DNA of 63,240 nucleotides, filler included. It is 7 parts of 7 records of this genome, joined end to end, with 100 filler letters (N's around TTAATTAATTAA, not from the genome) between each part and the next. Parts side by side here need not be neighbours in the genome. Positions count along the whole stretch, not along the records: positions 51,091 to 57,860 come from DRR378314_2500; positions 57,961 to 63,240 come from DRR378314_2515; 5 more parts are not named here. One strand, 5' to 3'. Shown here piece after piece: positions 52,362-63,240 of the stretch. Position 1 is the stretch's first letter. Each line of letters starts with the position of its first letter. The translations under genes were made by a program, and so were the position numbers. The notes under the pieces were generated by a model, which saw nothing but the letters and a program-made list of their open reading frames with translations, had not been told where the DNA came from and made no database searches.

Positions 52362-53731
52362 ATGCTGCGTTCACGCGTGCTGGCACTCCGTGCGCTGCGC
52401 CTTCGCGGCGCAGTTACTGCACGCGTTGCAATGGCTTCTACGAGCTCTCGTAGCAGCATGCCTGCGCATGTTGAGCCTCGCGAGCCTGAAGTGTCGACGC
52501 GACATGGGTCAAACGCGGAGTTCCTGATCGCGCAGGTTCCGCCTATTCCCGTGCACGGGACGCGCGTCGCGTGCGACGGAGGTGCGTCTCACAGTAGCGA
52601 GCTTGCGTCAGGTTCCTCCCCGGGTTCCCTCCCGGCTGACGCTGGTATCTTTGCGCAGAAAGCAAGGGTGTATGCGTGCTGCAATAATACCGCAACCAAG
52701 TCGGTGCTGCTTTGCTGGCGGTGCTTGCGCAGTGGTTCGCGGCACGAGGGCCCCTCGGGCGCGAGGTGGCGCGCTCCCTGTGGTGCTCCTCCTCCTGCTG
52801 CAGCGAGGCATGCTTCACGCAAGTTCGTTTACAGCGTCATTCTGGCATGTAGTTATCGTACATTCATAGGTATATACTCGTGTACGCGTACGGGTCGATC
52901 GTGCGGAAAATGCCGTGCTTGCGTAGAGCGCGGAAGCTGCTCCTTCTGCCTCCACTTGGGTCGAGCGGTCGTGCTCGCCCGTGGCGCTGCGAGCGCGACC
53001 GACGCGCCACCCCTCTGCCTTTCGTCGTCCGCTCTGGGCGTGAATGTTGCGAATGCATGCCCCTACCGCTGTTCGTGTCTTCGAGTAAGATGCATATATT
53101 AATTGCAGTTACAGTTGGCTGCTATTCACAGCTGCCGTTGTGTTCTTGTAGTAAGCGCCGCGTTGCCTCCGAGGGTGCTGCACTTCTTTGGCGCCGAACG
53201 CGCGGCCACAGGCGCCGGCGGCGTGCACTCTGTGCCGGCGGTCCTCCGCAAGCGCCGGAAGCGCGTCTATGGTCCACGCTACCGCTGCCAGCGCACCTCG
53301 TATTCTCTCGCTCCTCTCAAGGCGAGCATTCTGCGAGTTCGCTTTCCATCCAGTATCATAGCGACATAGATCGCGGTATAGAGCTCGGAATGGTGGTGCT
53401 GCTTTGTTGTGCGGCAGCACCGCAGCGCTTTGTTGCAGAGACGGGTTGTTGGCTTACCGCCTGCTGTTGCTTTGTGTTTGGCCATGCTCTCCTTCTACGA
53501 GGTCGCGCTGCTGTGCTGTTCCGCGACATTGGGGCGCTCGCACGGAAACTCTGCAATGTCTTGCTGGTATTTGTGCTCCTTATCGGTGACTCCTGGGTTT
53601 GCTTTCTGTTGCTCGTTTTTGCAGGAAACGGCCCACTCGGCCACCCCAAGGTGTACATCAATCTCGACAAGGAGGGCCCGCACTCGTGCCCGTATTGTGG
53701 GCTGCGTTTCGAGGCTGCAGGGCATCACTAG
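52362..53731 (+). CDS. NDUFS6: Mitochondrial complex I 13-kDa Zn-finger subunit, two exons
   Basis: Exon 52362-52581 (presequence..IAQVPPIPVHGTRVACDGG) joins exon 53625-53731 (NGPLGHPKVYINLDKEGPHSCPYCGLRF): zf-CHCC ligands C, H, C, C. Confidence 0.95.
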
Positions 53732-54163
53732 GCGCAATCTCAGCTTGCATGGACGGAAATGAAAGTGCGGACATGAAAGTGTATTTGCGCACTTGCACGC
53801 ACGACCGTCCACGCATCGAGGTAGACAGCCCGCACGCGCACAAATACGCCCGCTCTCTCCCTCTCAGTGTAACACCGAGCATGAGAGCGAACACACCCAA
53901 ACAAGGCGAAAGCTGCGCAGTGCAAGCGAACAGCCGTGCACTGCACATTATATAGCAAAATGCAAAAAAAAAGCAGAAAAAAGCAATATAGAAAGAGAGA
54001 TCCCGATAGAAACAAGCAAACTCGCCTCCTGTCCGCAGGGTCGCACAATGAATTTTTTGTGGTTTTTTTTCTCCTTGTCTGCAAGCAGCGCCGCTCGTCA
54101 ATCGACTACATTCTTGTTCTCAGCATCCGTTGCAGGCAGACACGCGCGGCTATTTGAAAAGCC

Positions 54164-57071
54164 TTACTTGCAGAGGTGGATGGCCTTGCAAGACTGCGAG
54201 AGTTCGTTCGCGATGAAGGCGAGGACCTTCGGGGTCGCGGACTGCACCGCCGCGTCGCACAGCGCCTGCGCGCCCTTGGGCAGAACGCCGCAAATCGCGT
54301 CGAGCTCCTTGGCAACGAAGCCCTCGACGGTCTGGCCCTCGATGAACGAGTCAACGTAGCCGACAAGCTTCTCGCACACAGTGCACTCGAGCGACGTGCC
54401 GAGCATCACGCTGCTGCTGCACAGGCCGATCTTCGGGCAGACAAAGTCTCCGGTGAGGATCGTGTTCTCGATGTAGCTGAAGAGCTGCGGCACGTACTGG
54501 GTGACACCGACGTCGCAGAGACCCTGGTACTGAGACGGGAGGAGCTTGCACACATCCTGCTCAAGGAGGGCTTCCGTCTGGTTCACGAGGTTGTCGTCCT
54601 TCTCGAGGAACGAGTCGAGCTCGTTGACGACGAACTTGCACGCATCGCACTCCAGGCCGTTGGCGGCCTCAAGGCCCTCCTCCGGGGCGGCCTTGGAGTT
54701 TGTGAAGTCGAACGAGAGCGAAGAGGCCTTCGCGATCTCGAGCTTGATGTCAGTGCACGTCAGTTCCGTGCCACTCTGATCGTTCAGCTTCAGCTGCACA
54801 TCGTACGTTCCCTGTAACGGCGCAAACGAACAGGCGCAAGCGGTGATAATAAATACGATCTACCAAGAACACAGCACGAAAAAAAGCTTGGCACGGGCGC
54901 GAGCAGATCTCGTTGCTTTCTGATGCAATTTCGATGGCAGACGTCGAGCTCCAGCGCTACCAAATGAAAAGCTGCCTACCAGCCCACGGAAATCTGTTCC
55001 ATGCATTGGCAGTCGATTCCTTCCTGCGTTTGCTGCCATGGCAATCCTCGTCGAACATCGTGCAACGTACGGCAGGAGCGATGGACGGGAGCGTCTGCGT
55101 CACAGTGCGATCAACAGCGCCGGACTTGAGGGGGCAGCCGCCGATGAACTGGCAGCCTGCGAAAATGCCAAAGCAGGGAGTACCGGAACCGAACAAGGGC
55201 GAAGACCGCAGCCAAAGGTCACGTAAGCTTGCAAAATAGCGCGATCCGAGTGGCGCGAACACCGCAAGCAAAAGATCACAACTTGCTTGCAATTGACATT
55301 ACAAATCAGCGAAGAAAGAACGAACCATCGCCAGAGCCGTGGTAGAGCTGGATTCCGCTGTACTTGACAGTGATGTCATACGTGGCAGCCGTGACATCCT
55401 CGCCTGCTCGCGCAGCGCAACACCAGAACGCCAAGAACACATTGCGGACGAAAATGAAAGAGTCAGCGAAGACTGGGGCGCAATTTCAACGCACTTCCAA
55501 TTCTTCATTCACACGAATTCTGCAAAAAATAGAAACGTGCTCATAATCAAAGTTCAGCAACGAAGACCGAAGCTACAAAACCCGTACACTCGGTGCTTTG
55601 CGGAGCCGGCGCCCCTGCGTGGACGACGCGACGTACCGAGCGTGCCGTCAACCTTGACGGTCACCGACTTGCCCTTCGTGGGCGGGTACGGCGTGGCATC
55701 GATCGAGTTGATCGTGAACTTGTCGCTCGAAGAGCCACAGTTCTGCAACAGGCAGCAATAATTTAAAGAAAAGGCACGCGATACGCATATGAGTTTACTG
55801 GCGAATCACGAACGGGCGCCAGTAGCAGAACCGCCCAGCCAGCATGAGTCGGAAGTGCAACAGACACCGCCGCGTTTCCAGGCCTTCGTTAGCGAGGAAT
55901 CAGGGCACCGCAGTTCCCGCCTCTCCGCAAGGTGAGTTGTCGCGTCAAGATCATTCCGGCATTGGGATAATCGACTAACACTACAGAAAGAACGAGCTAA
56001 AGCGAGAACATAACGGACATGGCGCGCCGTCGCGCTATCCTACGGGACGAAGCGGTTGTGCTCTGCAGGGGGGCCCAGAGACAGCGCAAGCCGAGCCGTG
56101 GCCGGCTTGGCGCTGCCCCAGGCAAAGTCTGCCCAGCTTTCTACTCTCGCCCAACATGTACAACGCAATGCTTCACATTCGCATAATCGAATACAAGAAA
56201 TTACGAAAATTATTTTTATAGTAATATTGCATGTCTATCTGACTCGAGGGTGCTCGGAGCAATCCCCGAGCATAACAGGTGTTCGCAGAACACACAGAAG
56301 CAAACGAACGAGACACCTAAGCAGATGGCGACACCAGTACAGTCACATTGACCGACCATCCAGGTTTGTCTCCTGTGGAAACTTTAAGAACCGGCTCTGC
56401 ACGCGCCCACGCCTTGCAAGGAAAACGTTGTTTGAGCACGCACAGGTTCCTCCAGGCCACGAGGCACGCCTACGTCTCTTCAACATTTCATTCTATATCA
56501 ATAAGATTCATTTCAATTCCATTGCAATAGATCTCCTGTTCCGTTTCCTTTTGCGTGGGCGTCTGAGAGCGCAGGCCTTCGCGTGACAGAACGGGAACCG
56601 TGATACGAAGCGCTCGCGCCGCAACTCCAGGGGCCCCTCGGCTCCCCAGGGAAAACATGAGGTCCGGCGCAAGGCGAAAGCGCGCCAGAGAGCGAGGCAT
56701 TTACGAGCGTCAGGCCAGAGCACTTGGGCAGTGATAATCTACTTGCACTGTATATGTGTGAAACACAAACGCAAAGAAATTCGCGCTTCTGCACCGCTGC
56801 ACATGAGGAAAGAACCGCATCGAGCGCAGTACCCCACTGCCTAGCTGCCGCTACGGAACAGGGAGCCACGCGGCGCGCGAACCGCGTCTGTCGCAGAGCC
56901 CCGCAGCGATAGTCGTGAACTCGTGCCAAGCAAACAGCGTGCTCCTCGTACATCCTATGACGTTAATGCCCGGTAACAAATGCGCCAAGATCAAAGAAAA
57001 CGCACCGTGAAGGGAACGCTCGTGGCGCTCGCAATAGCGGCGAAGGCAAGGACGGCGATGAAAGCACGCAT
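54164..57071 (-). CDS. Secreted/lysosomal ML (NPC2/MD-2-like) domain + two saposin-B domains, 5 exons
   Basis: Exon 57071-57006 signal peptide MRAFIAVLAFAAIASA; exons near 55742-55637, 55403-55325, 55156-55071 and 54811-54164 give the ML domain (NCGSSSD..P.PP.KG.SVTV.V.G.L..DV..CQFIGGCPLKSG..GTYDVQL...DQ.G.ELTC) and two 6-Cys SapB repeats (LECDACKFVV..CPKIGLC; LECTVCEKLV..CKAIHLC). All phases are compatible. Confidence 0.88.
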
Positions 57072-57860
57072 GGCGGCTACAGCGGTGGTGTTCGTGGACG
57101 GGGCTTTACCGCGCGAAGGGTAAAAACGGGCACAGCTTCGCGCGTCGCGGCCAGCCGGGCACCAGATGAGGGCAGGCGCATCGGAACGGACAGACCAGGC
57201 GTGGCGGTCCTGTCGGGGATTTCAATAGGAGACCCTTTACGGATCGAGCACACATCAACTCTTGTCAGAAGCGGCTTTGTCTTGGGTAGATGCGCCAAGT
57301 CTCTTGGATGAGTTAAGAAGTAGGGTTAATATCCTATGGTTACTGTGTCCTCAACGTAGCAAACAAATATCTTGATTTCATTGGGGTTACGGCATGGCGT
57401 TTGCGCCATCGGGCAACGCAGTGCCGTGTTTCGTGCGCGGGAAATTCTCTATTGCGTTGGTAAGCGTGCATTGCGCTGCGGTTCGCACAAGGTGTTCTCT
57501 GCAACGCGAGAACATGCCGCCAAGCAAGTTCAAAGCGCCGTCATGGTTCGTACCGCGGTGCCCGTGTCTCGTGCCCCTTGCCAAGCAAAACAACTGAAAA
57601 ATTGAATCTTGGTCGTACGCCACCACTTCTTGTTGCACTTATCCCTTGCTTCATTTGCGTACTACTGTTGGGGCTGAACAGCGCGCGAGTGCGCACGAAG
57701 TGACGACAGCAGCGCGAGCACGAGCGGTCTCGTTGCGGTGCCCGCCGTTGGTGACAGTGCACGCATATCGGCGCGCGCTTTTGCTCGCTGTAGTGGTTGC
57801 CGCGCGTTTCGGAGTTTGCTTGGGTCTGTGATTAAGAGAGATCTGGGTCGGTAGAGGTTG

Positions 57861-57960
57861 NNNNNNNNNNNNNNNNNNNNNNNNNNNNNNNNNNNNNNNN
57901 NNNNTTAATTAATTAANNNNNNNNNNNNNNNNNNNNNNNNNNNNNNNNNNNNNNNNNNNN
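57861..57960. other. Artificial contig linker
   Basis: N44-TTAATTAATTAA-N44. Confidence 0.99.
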
Positions 57961-60345
57961 TAACCGGGAAGGAGAGCAAGGCGATGGCAAACCACGTTGC
58001 TGGAGGGAGGTGGGCGGGGCTGCGCAGCATCGAAGCACTTGCAAGACGGTGTCGCAAACGCGCTACAGGCGACACTTCTGTGCGCCGGTGATAGTAGCGT
58101 ATACCTGCGTAGTGTGTCAAGCGAACGCAATGTTGCTACGAGCGTCTGTGCCCGTCAACGGGGATCGAGAGCGGCGAAACAAGGGGAAAAACGCGCTGCC
58201 AAAGGGAAATCAGCTCCGCTCCGAAATATTGGATCCATAAGCCTAGCGTTAACCTAGAGAGGCGCCGCGGAACTGCGTATCTCGCTCCCTGCGCGTGAGC
58301 AACTGCACACCGAGCGCGCCTTCCGGGCGCACGAGCGACCTTTGCTCGCGTACGCACGTGACATAGCATTGGTACGTAACAAGGCAGCTGGTTACCCTAC
58401 CTGGGGCCGTGGCGTCTGCATCGTAGTGCGCGGACACCAGGATGATTGGGCCGCTCTCTCCGCCGCGCAGGTGCAGCCGGCTCTCGAAGAGGTTCGCCAC
58501 GGGCGCGCGAGCTGCGGAAGCCTTGGTGCGAGACTGCGTTACGGCATGGAAGGACGAGTCTGCCGCCTTTTTCATAATCTGCAGCACGGGAAAACAAGAG
58601 AATTGAAGTACGTGAGACTTTTCTCAACAGTGCAGTGAATAGAGCGCTTCAAGAAGATTAGAAAAATGATCATAATCGGAAAGAGCAGGATCGCAGAGGG
58701 ATGGAAAGCCAGCAACAGCAACGCTGACACAGCGGAGCATCGTGGAGACAAGCAAGCGACAGACATCCAGCACCCACGTGCGGTTTTACAGCAAAGAAAC
58801 TAAACTATCGTGTACACAACGACAACTTGCATTCTCATCTTCTTCTAACGTGAAAAACACGCTGAAGGGCAGCGACGAAGACACGACAGTGCTCTCGATC
58901 AGCTGGATAGCTTCCTCCGCTGCAGATCGCAGTCAGAGCAGACCGACATACACGCAGGGAATTCTCGTTTCGTAAGACTTAGCAACAACACCGGGATGAT
59001 CATGATTGCAAAATATATTTCAGATCTCATACGCAAGCGAGCGAGGCGCGTAAATACGGAGAAAAGAGGACTTGCGGGGCGTGTAAGGAGCGCAATCAAG
59101 GGCAACACTCGCGCGGGCAAACGAGCAGCAGAAGACAGCAGAGGTGTGCGTGTGCCAAGGCACAAGCGAACTTATGAAGAAAGCTACTCCCCTGATTCCT
59201 ACACTCACTAATAAAGTTCATATTCTCAATGTAGAGTTGGGCAGTTGGTATTCCCTTCGCCTGCGAAGAAAGGGGTATGGGGCGCAAAACGGCAGCGGCG
59301 CACCTCGCACGGAGATCGCTCCGTCCAACGTAGGCAGCGTGATAAACAGAGCGGATCCCTTATTCTTCGTGGCAAACGTTTCGAGTGCCTCTTTCGTCAC
59401 GTCTTCAGCACTGTAGAAACGTATACAGCATTGAGCACCATTGGCAGCCAGGCAGCGATAGAAACACGCGGGAGGCAGCAATGTCAAAGAGAGCGTGAGC
59501 GAAACGGCCAAGGTAGCGACCGAGCACAGCAGGAGCGCGGGAGCTACGTTGCCCAGCGTGGCGAAGGATACGCTTAGTTGCAATGTAGCGGCCAACAAGC
59601 TCACGATTATACTACGTAGGAGGACGCTTCATGAGAAAGAAAACACAGCTAGTCTGTACATTGCGCGTCTTTTTGTTGCTCCAGGACGATAATCGAGCGC
59701 AGCTTCTTCGGACGACACGCAGAGGACCTTTGCGGGGAAATTGGCGAACGAACAACGCGGCGTTCCATACGCAAACGAGCAATTCCAAATGCTCCGATTA
59801 TAGCGCATCTTCACAATTTTCCGGAACATGGACTACGTCGTAATAAGTACCGCTAACACGACAGAAGAAACCTAGCCGGAGATAGGCAGAGGCACTCGCG
59901 TTTCTGTGCCTCTTCTCTGCCGCCGCGCGTCGCGAAGCGCTGTCTCTGCGCGCTCTGTGTGCGCGGGTAACCCCCTTGCTGCGCCGAACGCGCACTCTCT
60001 CTCTCACGCTTTCGCTCTCGCTTTCTCGCCGCGCAAATCCTCGGGATACCCACCGCCTGATGACCTTATGATAAAACATGATATCGAAAGTACGTGCATC
60101 TATAGAAGGGTGCGTGTACACGAATGCAAAACTTGGTGCCAAGAGAAGCAACGCTCCTAGACGCACCGCAGGAACAGCGCGGCGCTTTCTCCAGTCTGCG
60201 CTTCCGCGCTTACAGGGAGCGAGACGTCGATGCGCGACGAACCGAAGGCGGTGCCGTTGCTGCTCTGGCCATGGACAGCTGGGAAAGCGCGCAGACCCCA
60301 TGAGCACACTACTAATGCGAGTAGAACAAGGGTCGTCCGCATCAT
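57961..60345 (-). CDS. NCLN: Nicalin-like ER membrane protein, 5' exons; 3' part beyond contig end
   Basis: Signal peptide MMRTTLVLLALVVC; NGTAFGS; exon AEDVTKEALETFATKNKGSALFITLP; exon AEEAIQLIESTVVSSSLPFSVFFTLEED; exon 58578-58401 ending PIILVSAHYDADATAP. Collinear with recalled nicalin motifs (AGAVVIILP, VPVYFA, PTIVIVAHYD..AP). Confidence 0.75.
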
Positions 60346-60895
60346 CTGAAACGGGAGGGATATTAGAGCAGCAGACTTGGCTCTGTCGGGCAAGCGCGCG
60401 CACAGCTGAGGAAAGCTCGCGAGCTACGCGCGTGCCCTGTGCTCGACATCGCAATGAGACGCTGCGGCGAGAAGCCGCTTGGGCACATCCAGAAAGAGTA
60501 TCCTATAGAATGTATCGCTTTGTAGCCATTTATAAAATACGATATCGTACAGCAAACGAGAAGGCCGCATCCAAGTAGGGTTATGTAAATGTCACCCCGC
60601 TCGTGGAGCACAGGCAGAGCGGACAGGCGAGCGCCGAAGCGCGCACCCGTGCGTGCACGCTGCAGTTTTCAAGACACACACACACTCTCTTTCTTTCTTT
60701 CGATTCACACAAAGGGCAGAAGCAGATCGGATATGATGATGGTGACGTTCACAGCAACCCACATCGCGCAAAAACGTAGCGTTTGCCGCGCGAACGCACG
60801 TCGCTGCGCGCAGGGGAAAAACTTGGTGTACGCGCCGGCACCTGGGCACGCGGCGGTCCCAGGTGCGCGACATTCTTGCTCTTCCCGGTTTTTCT

Positions 60896-62791
60896 TCACT
60901 GGCCAGGCACCCCAACGACAGGAGTCTCGATCTTCGCCTTCACTCGCTGACGCCATTCGACAACGTTCCTGTAGCGCCGGAGGTCGACCGAGGCGACGGC
61001 TCCCAGTCCTTGATCGACGTAGCTGCAGTGGAATCGGAGAAGACAACGCCCCGCAATACCGAACGGATGTTGGTAGACAGAAGAAGAAGGAGAGGAATAC
61101 GCCCCAGCTCTCACGTGCAGCCTATGGAGTACAATCTGCGGGCAGTATTCATTGCAACTTTGTCACGGAGGTGGCCGGAACGCAGTGAGGTTCCGCTCAT
61201 CTCTTCCCCTTGGCTCGTTGCCTGGGGCGTACGACAGCGCAAAAATATACCCCGTTCCCGCCGTACAACATGCACTCGTTCTGCACAAACGTACCATGCT
61301 ACCAGCGCATCCGCGATCGTTACTTCAGCTCCGGCAAGGTAAAACTGGGCCGTACTCAAGATGCGATCAAGCTTCTCGAGACAGCGCAGAAAGGAGGAAA
61401 GCGCCTGCGCGGGAAAATGGCGGCGTTTCCATGCAATGTCAACGGAGAAGGCGGCATAGACAGGGAAAACGTCGCTCAAACCGACAGCGAGCTCGCCGAA
61501 ACTCTTTACAGCGGTTAGCCATCGCAGAAATACCCGTTGCTCACCTCGCCAAGCTCGCCTTTTTCACAGTATACTACTAGCATATGTAAACCATAATCTT
61601 GTGCACTGGGTGCCGCATCTACCGCGCTGAAAACGGAGTGCCGCTCAACTCACACACGGAGGTGCCCCCAACTCGTGCGGGTGTTCGAATATACCGACCA
61701 TGCAACTTTGCCTCTTCCTCAATTATCGATCCAAAATCATCCACTATCAACTAGTTTACAATGAAAAAATTAGCAAGTATTCGCGTTGCAAAGTGTGCCA
61801 TGTGCGTGATGTTCAAGGTAGGAACGCACGTCTGAAGCTTGCTCATCTTTGCCGGTCAGGCTCGCGGAGCGGACCAGCGAGGAGATGGCCGGCGCAAGCA
61901 CGCCTATCGCCCAGTCCAGCCGATCGTCGATTGCAACGCGTCGCCTATTCCGCCCCGAGGAGACATCCGGTACATATCAACGTAGCAAAAAATTACAGAA
62001 CAAACCAATGGGAAGCAACATCAACCAAATGTCTCTTTCCCTTTTGGAGGCACAGGGGTCACCACTATCTCGGGGAGACGGCGACGTTCCGTGCAACGCG
62101 CCCGCGAGCGAGGAGAGGAGATCGAATGCCAGAAAACCCAATGCTCTGTACAAATAAACCCAGTTTTTCCTCTCAGCACCAAAACGAAAAGCGCGCGATG
62201 AAAGGTAATATACGTGTAACAGCACAGACAAGGATTCCAAGATATACCAGTAATTACAGAGAGCAGCACAAGCACCGGAAGTTCGCGAGCACCGATGCGA
62301 AGCGCGTAGCGTTTTGCAACAGCGGGCGCAAGGCAAACCGCCAGCCACAGCGATTACCTCGCATTTTTCTCAGGATACCAGTGTGAAGGAACATGCGTCG
62401 CAGCGCTGGCCAAATGTCGTAAAATTGACGCTCTGCATGCGATTCAGCGTGGGCAGCGAATCAGGCAAACTGCAGCTGAGAAACCACAGCTACGGAAGCA
62501 GATGGGCGATGTTCGTGCAGAGGGAGGAAGACTAACACGTGACGCGCATGCTTATCACACATAGGATACTGCAAGTTTACAAGTTATTGCATATCATGCG
62601 CTTCGTCTGCGCCTTGCTTGGGAAGCGGCCTTGTCAGCATCTTGCCGACCATACTGGGCCCGCCCGCGCTCGCTTTGCGCTGTGTCAGTTGCCGCAAGTA
62701 CGCCAGCGTACCCTTGTGTGAGCACAAGGTCTTGATCCACAAACGCTGGAACTCGCGAAACAGGACACTGTTTGCGAAATGATGGTGTAAG
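60896..62791 (-). CDS. Eukaryotic theta-like glutathione S-transferase, multi-exon; 5' exon(s) further upstream
   Basis: In-phase exons LTPSFRKQCPVSRVPAFVDQDLVLTQG|ASILRHLASAATHVPSHWYPEKNA|RRRVAIDDRLDW..|LEKLDRILSTAQFYLAGAEVTIADALVAC|..YRNVVEWRQRVK..*; HWYP and LDW are theta-class hallmarks. Confidence 0.85.
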
Positions 62792-63240
62792 CTGCACGTT
62801 TGGGAGGGGTGCAGCGGAGTGCGAAGCCGAGGATGAACGATGAGCATTACTCGCGGTCGTAGGCGTCGCCGCTCTCTGTGCGCGAGAGCGGCGGTTACAA
62901 CCAAAGAGCAGCAGCGGACGTTTCGCCGCAGACCTTCGCAGCTAGAAAGCAGCGAGATAAAAATCACAAGCTTTTCTTTCGCTACCTTACAAAGTGCAAT
63001 TTTTTTGGAGAGGTTCACCAGCGCGCGTTCAGCGATTCGGCAGGAAAACGCGAAGCTGGCGCGCTTTCTCCGACCTTCCTCAGGCGACGCGCGGACAGGC
63101 GCTGCAGGAGCGCGTCAGCGGCTCGCTTTTCCAAGGCAGGAATCCCTCACATACGGCTCTTCTACATGTACACACGAATCGAACGACTGTGGCTCTCCGC
63201 TCGATGGTCAAGTTGGCACGAGGCGCGCAGGTAGTTCTGT

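Noticed and set aside
48665-53731. Apparent clustering of bacterial nuoABCD with eukaryotic NDUFS6
   Set aside because: They are different contigs from different organisms separated by a linker, so the proximity is coincidence. The same holds for the two GST genes.
60057-60088. Exon-like block DARTFDIMFYHKVIR within nicalin intron 1
   Set aside because: Exon 1 splices directly and in phase to the AEDVTKE exon with a good fit to nicalin; the block adds no homology.

Overview
This window is not one contiguous genome region. It is seven unrelated contigs joined by six identical 100-bp artificial linkers (N44-TTAATTAATTAA-N44), and they come from at least three organisms. (1) An intron-rich microbial eukaryote (1-11738, 21734-33138, 33239-44392, 51091-57860, 57961-63240) carrying PWP2, an ACOT9-like acyl-CoA thioesterase, SRP54, a TPR/Tfc4-like tail, an RCC1+HECT E3 ligase, GET3/ASNA1, an RPD3-class HDAC tail, NDUFS6, a secreted ML+2xSapB fusion protein, nicalin and a theta-like GST. 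(2) A Halomonas-like gammaproteobacterium (11839-21633) with xdhA, a RutR-type regulator and its operator, hrpB, three small ORFs and coxB-coxA-ctaG-coxC. (3) A Roseobacter-group alphaproteobacterium (44493-50990) with the end of a leucine-catabolism operon, nuoABC(D), two tiny translationally coupled ORFs inside nuo, and an inserted antisense three-gene cassette. That cassette (47088-48386) looks like an orphan T6SS-style co-chaperone / polymorphic effector / immunity module with a toxin domain I cannot name, and it is the best candidate for a new system; the ML-saposin fusion is second. Family assignments come from recalled motifs and hand-splicing, not database searches. Most ORF-track entries in the eukaryotic contigs are spurious.
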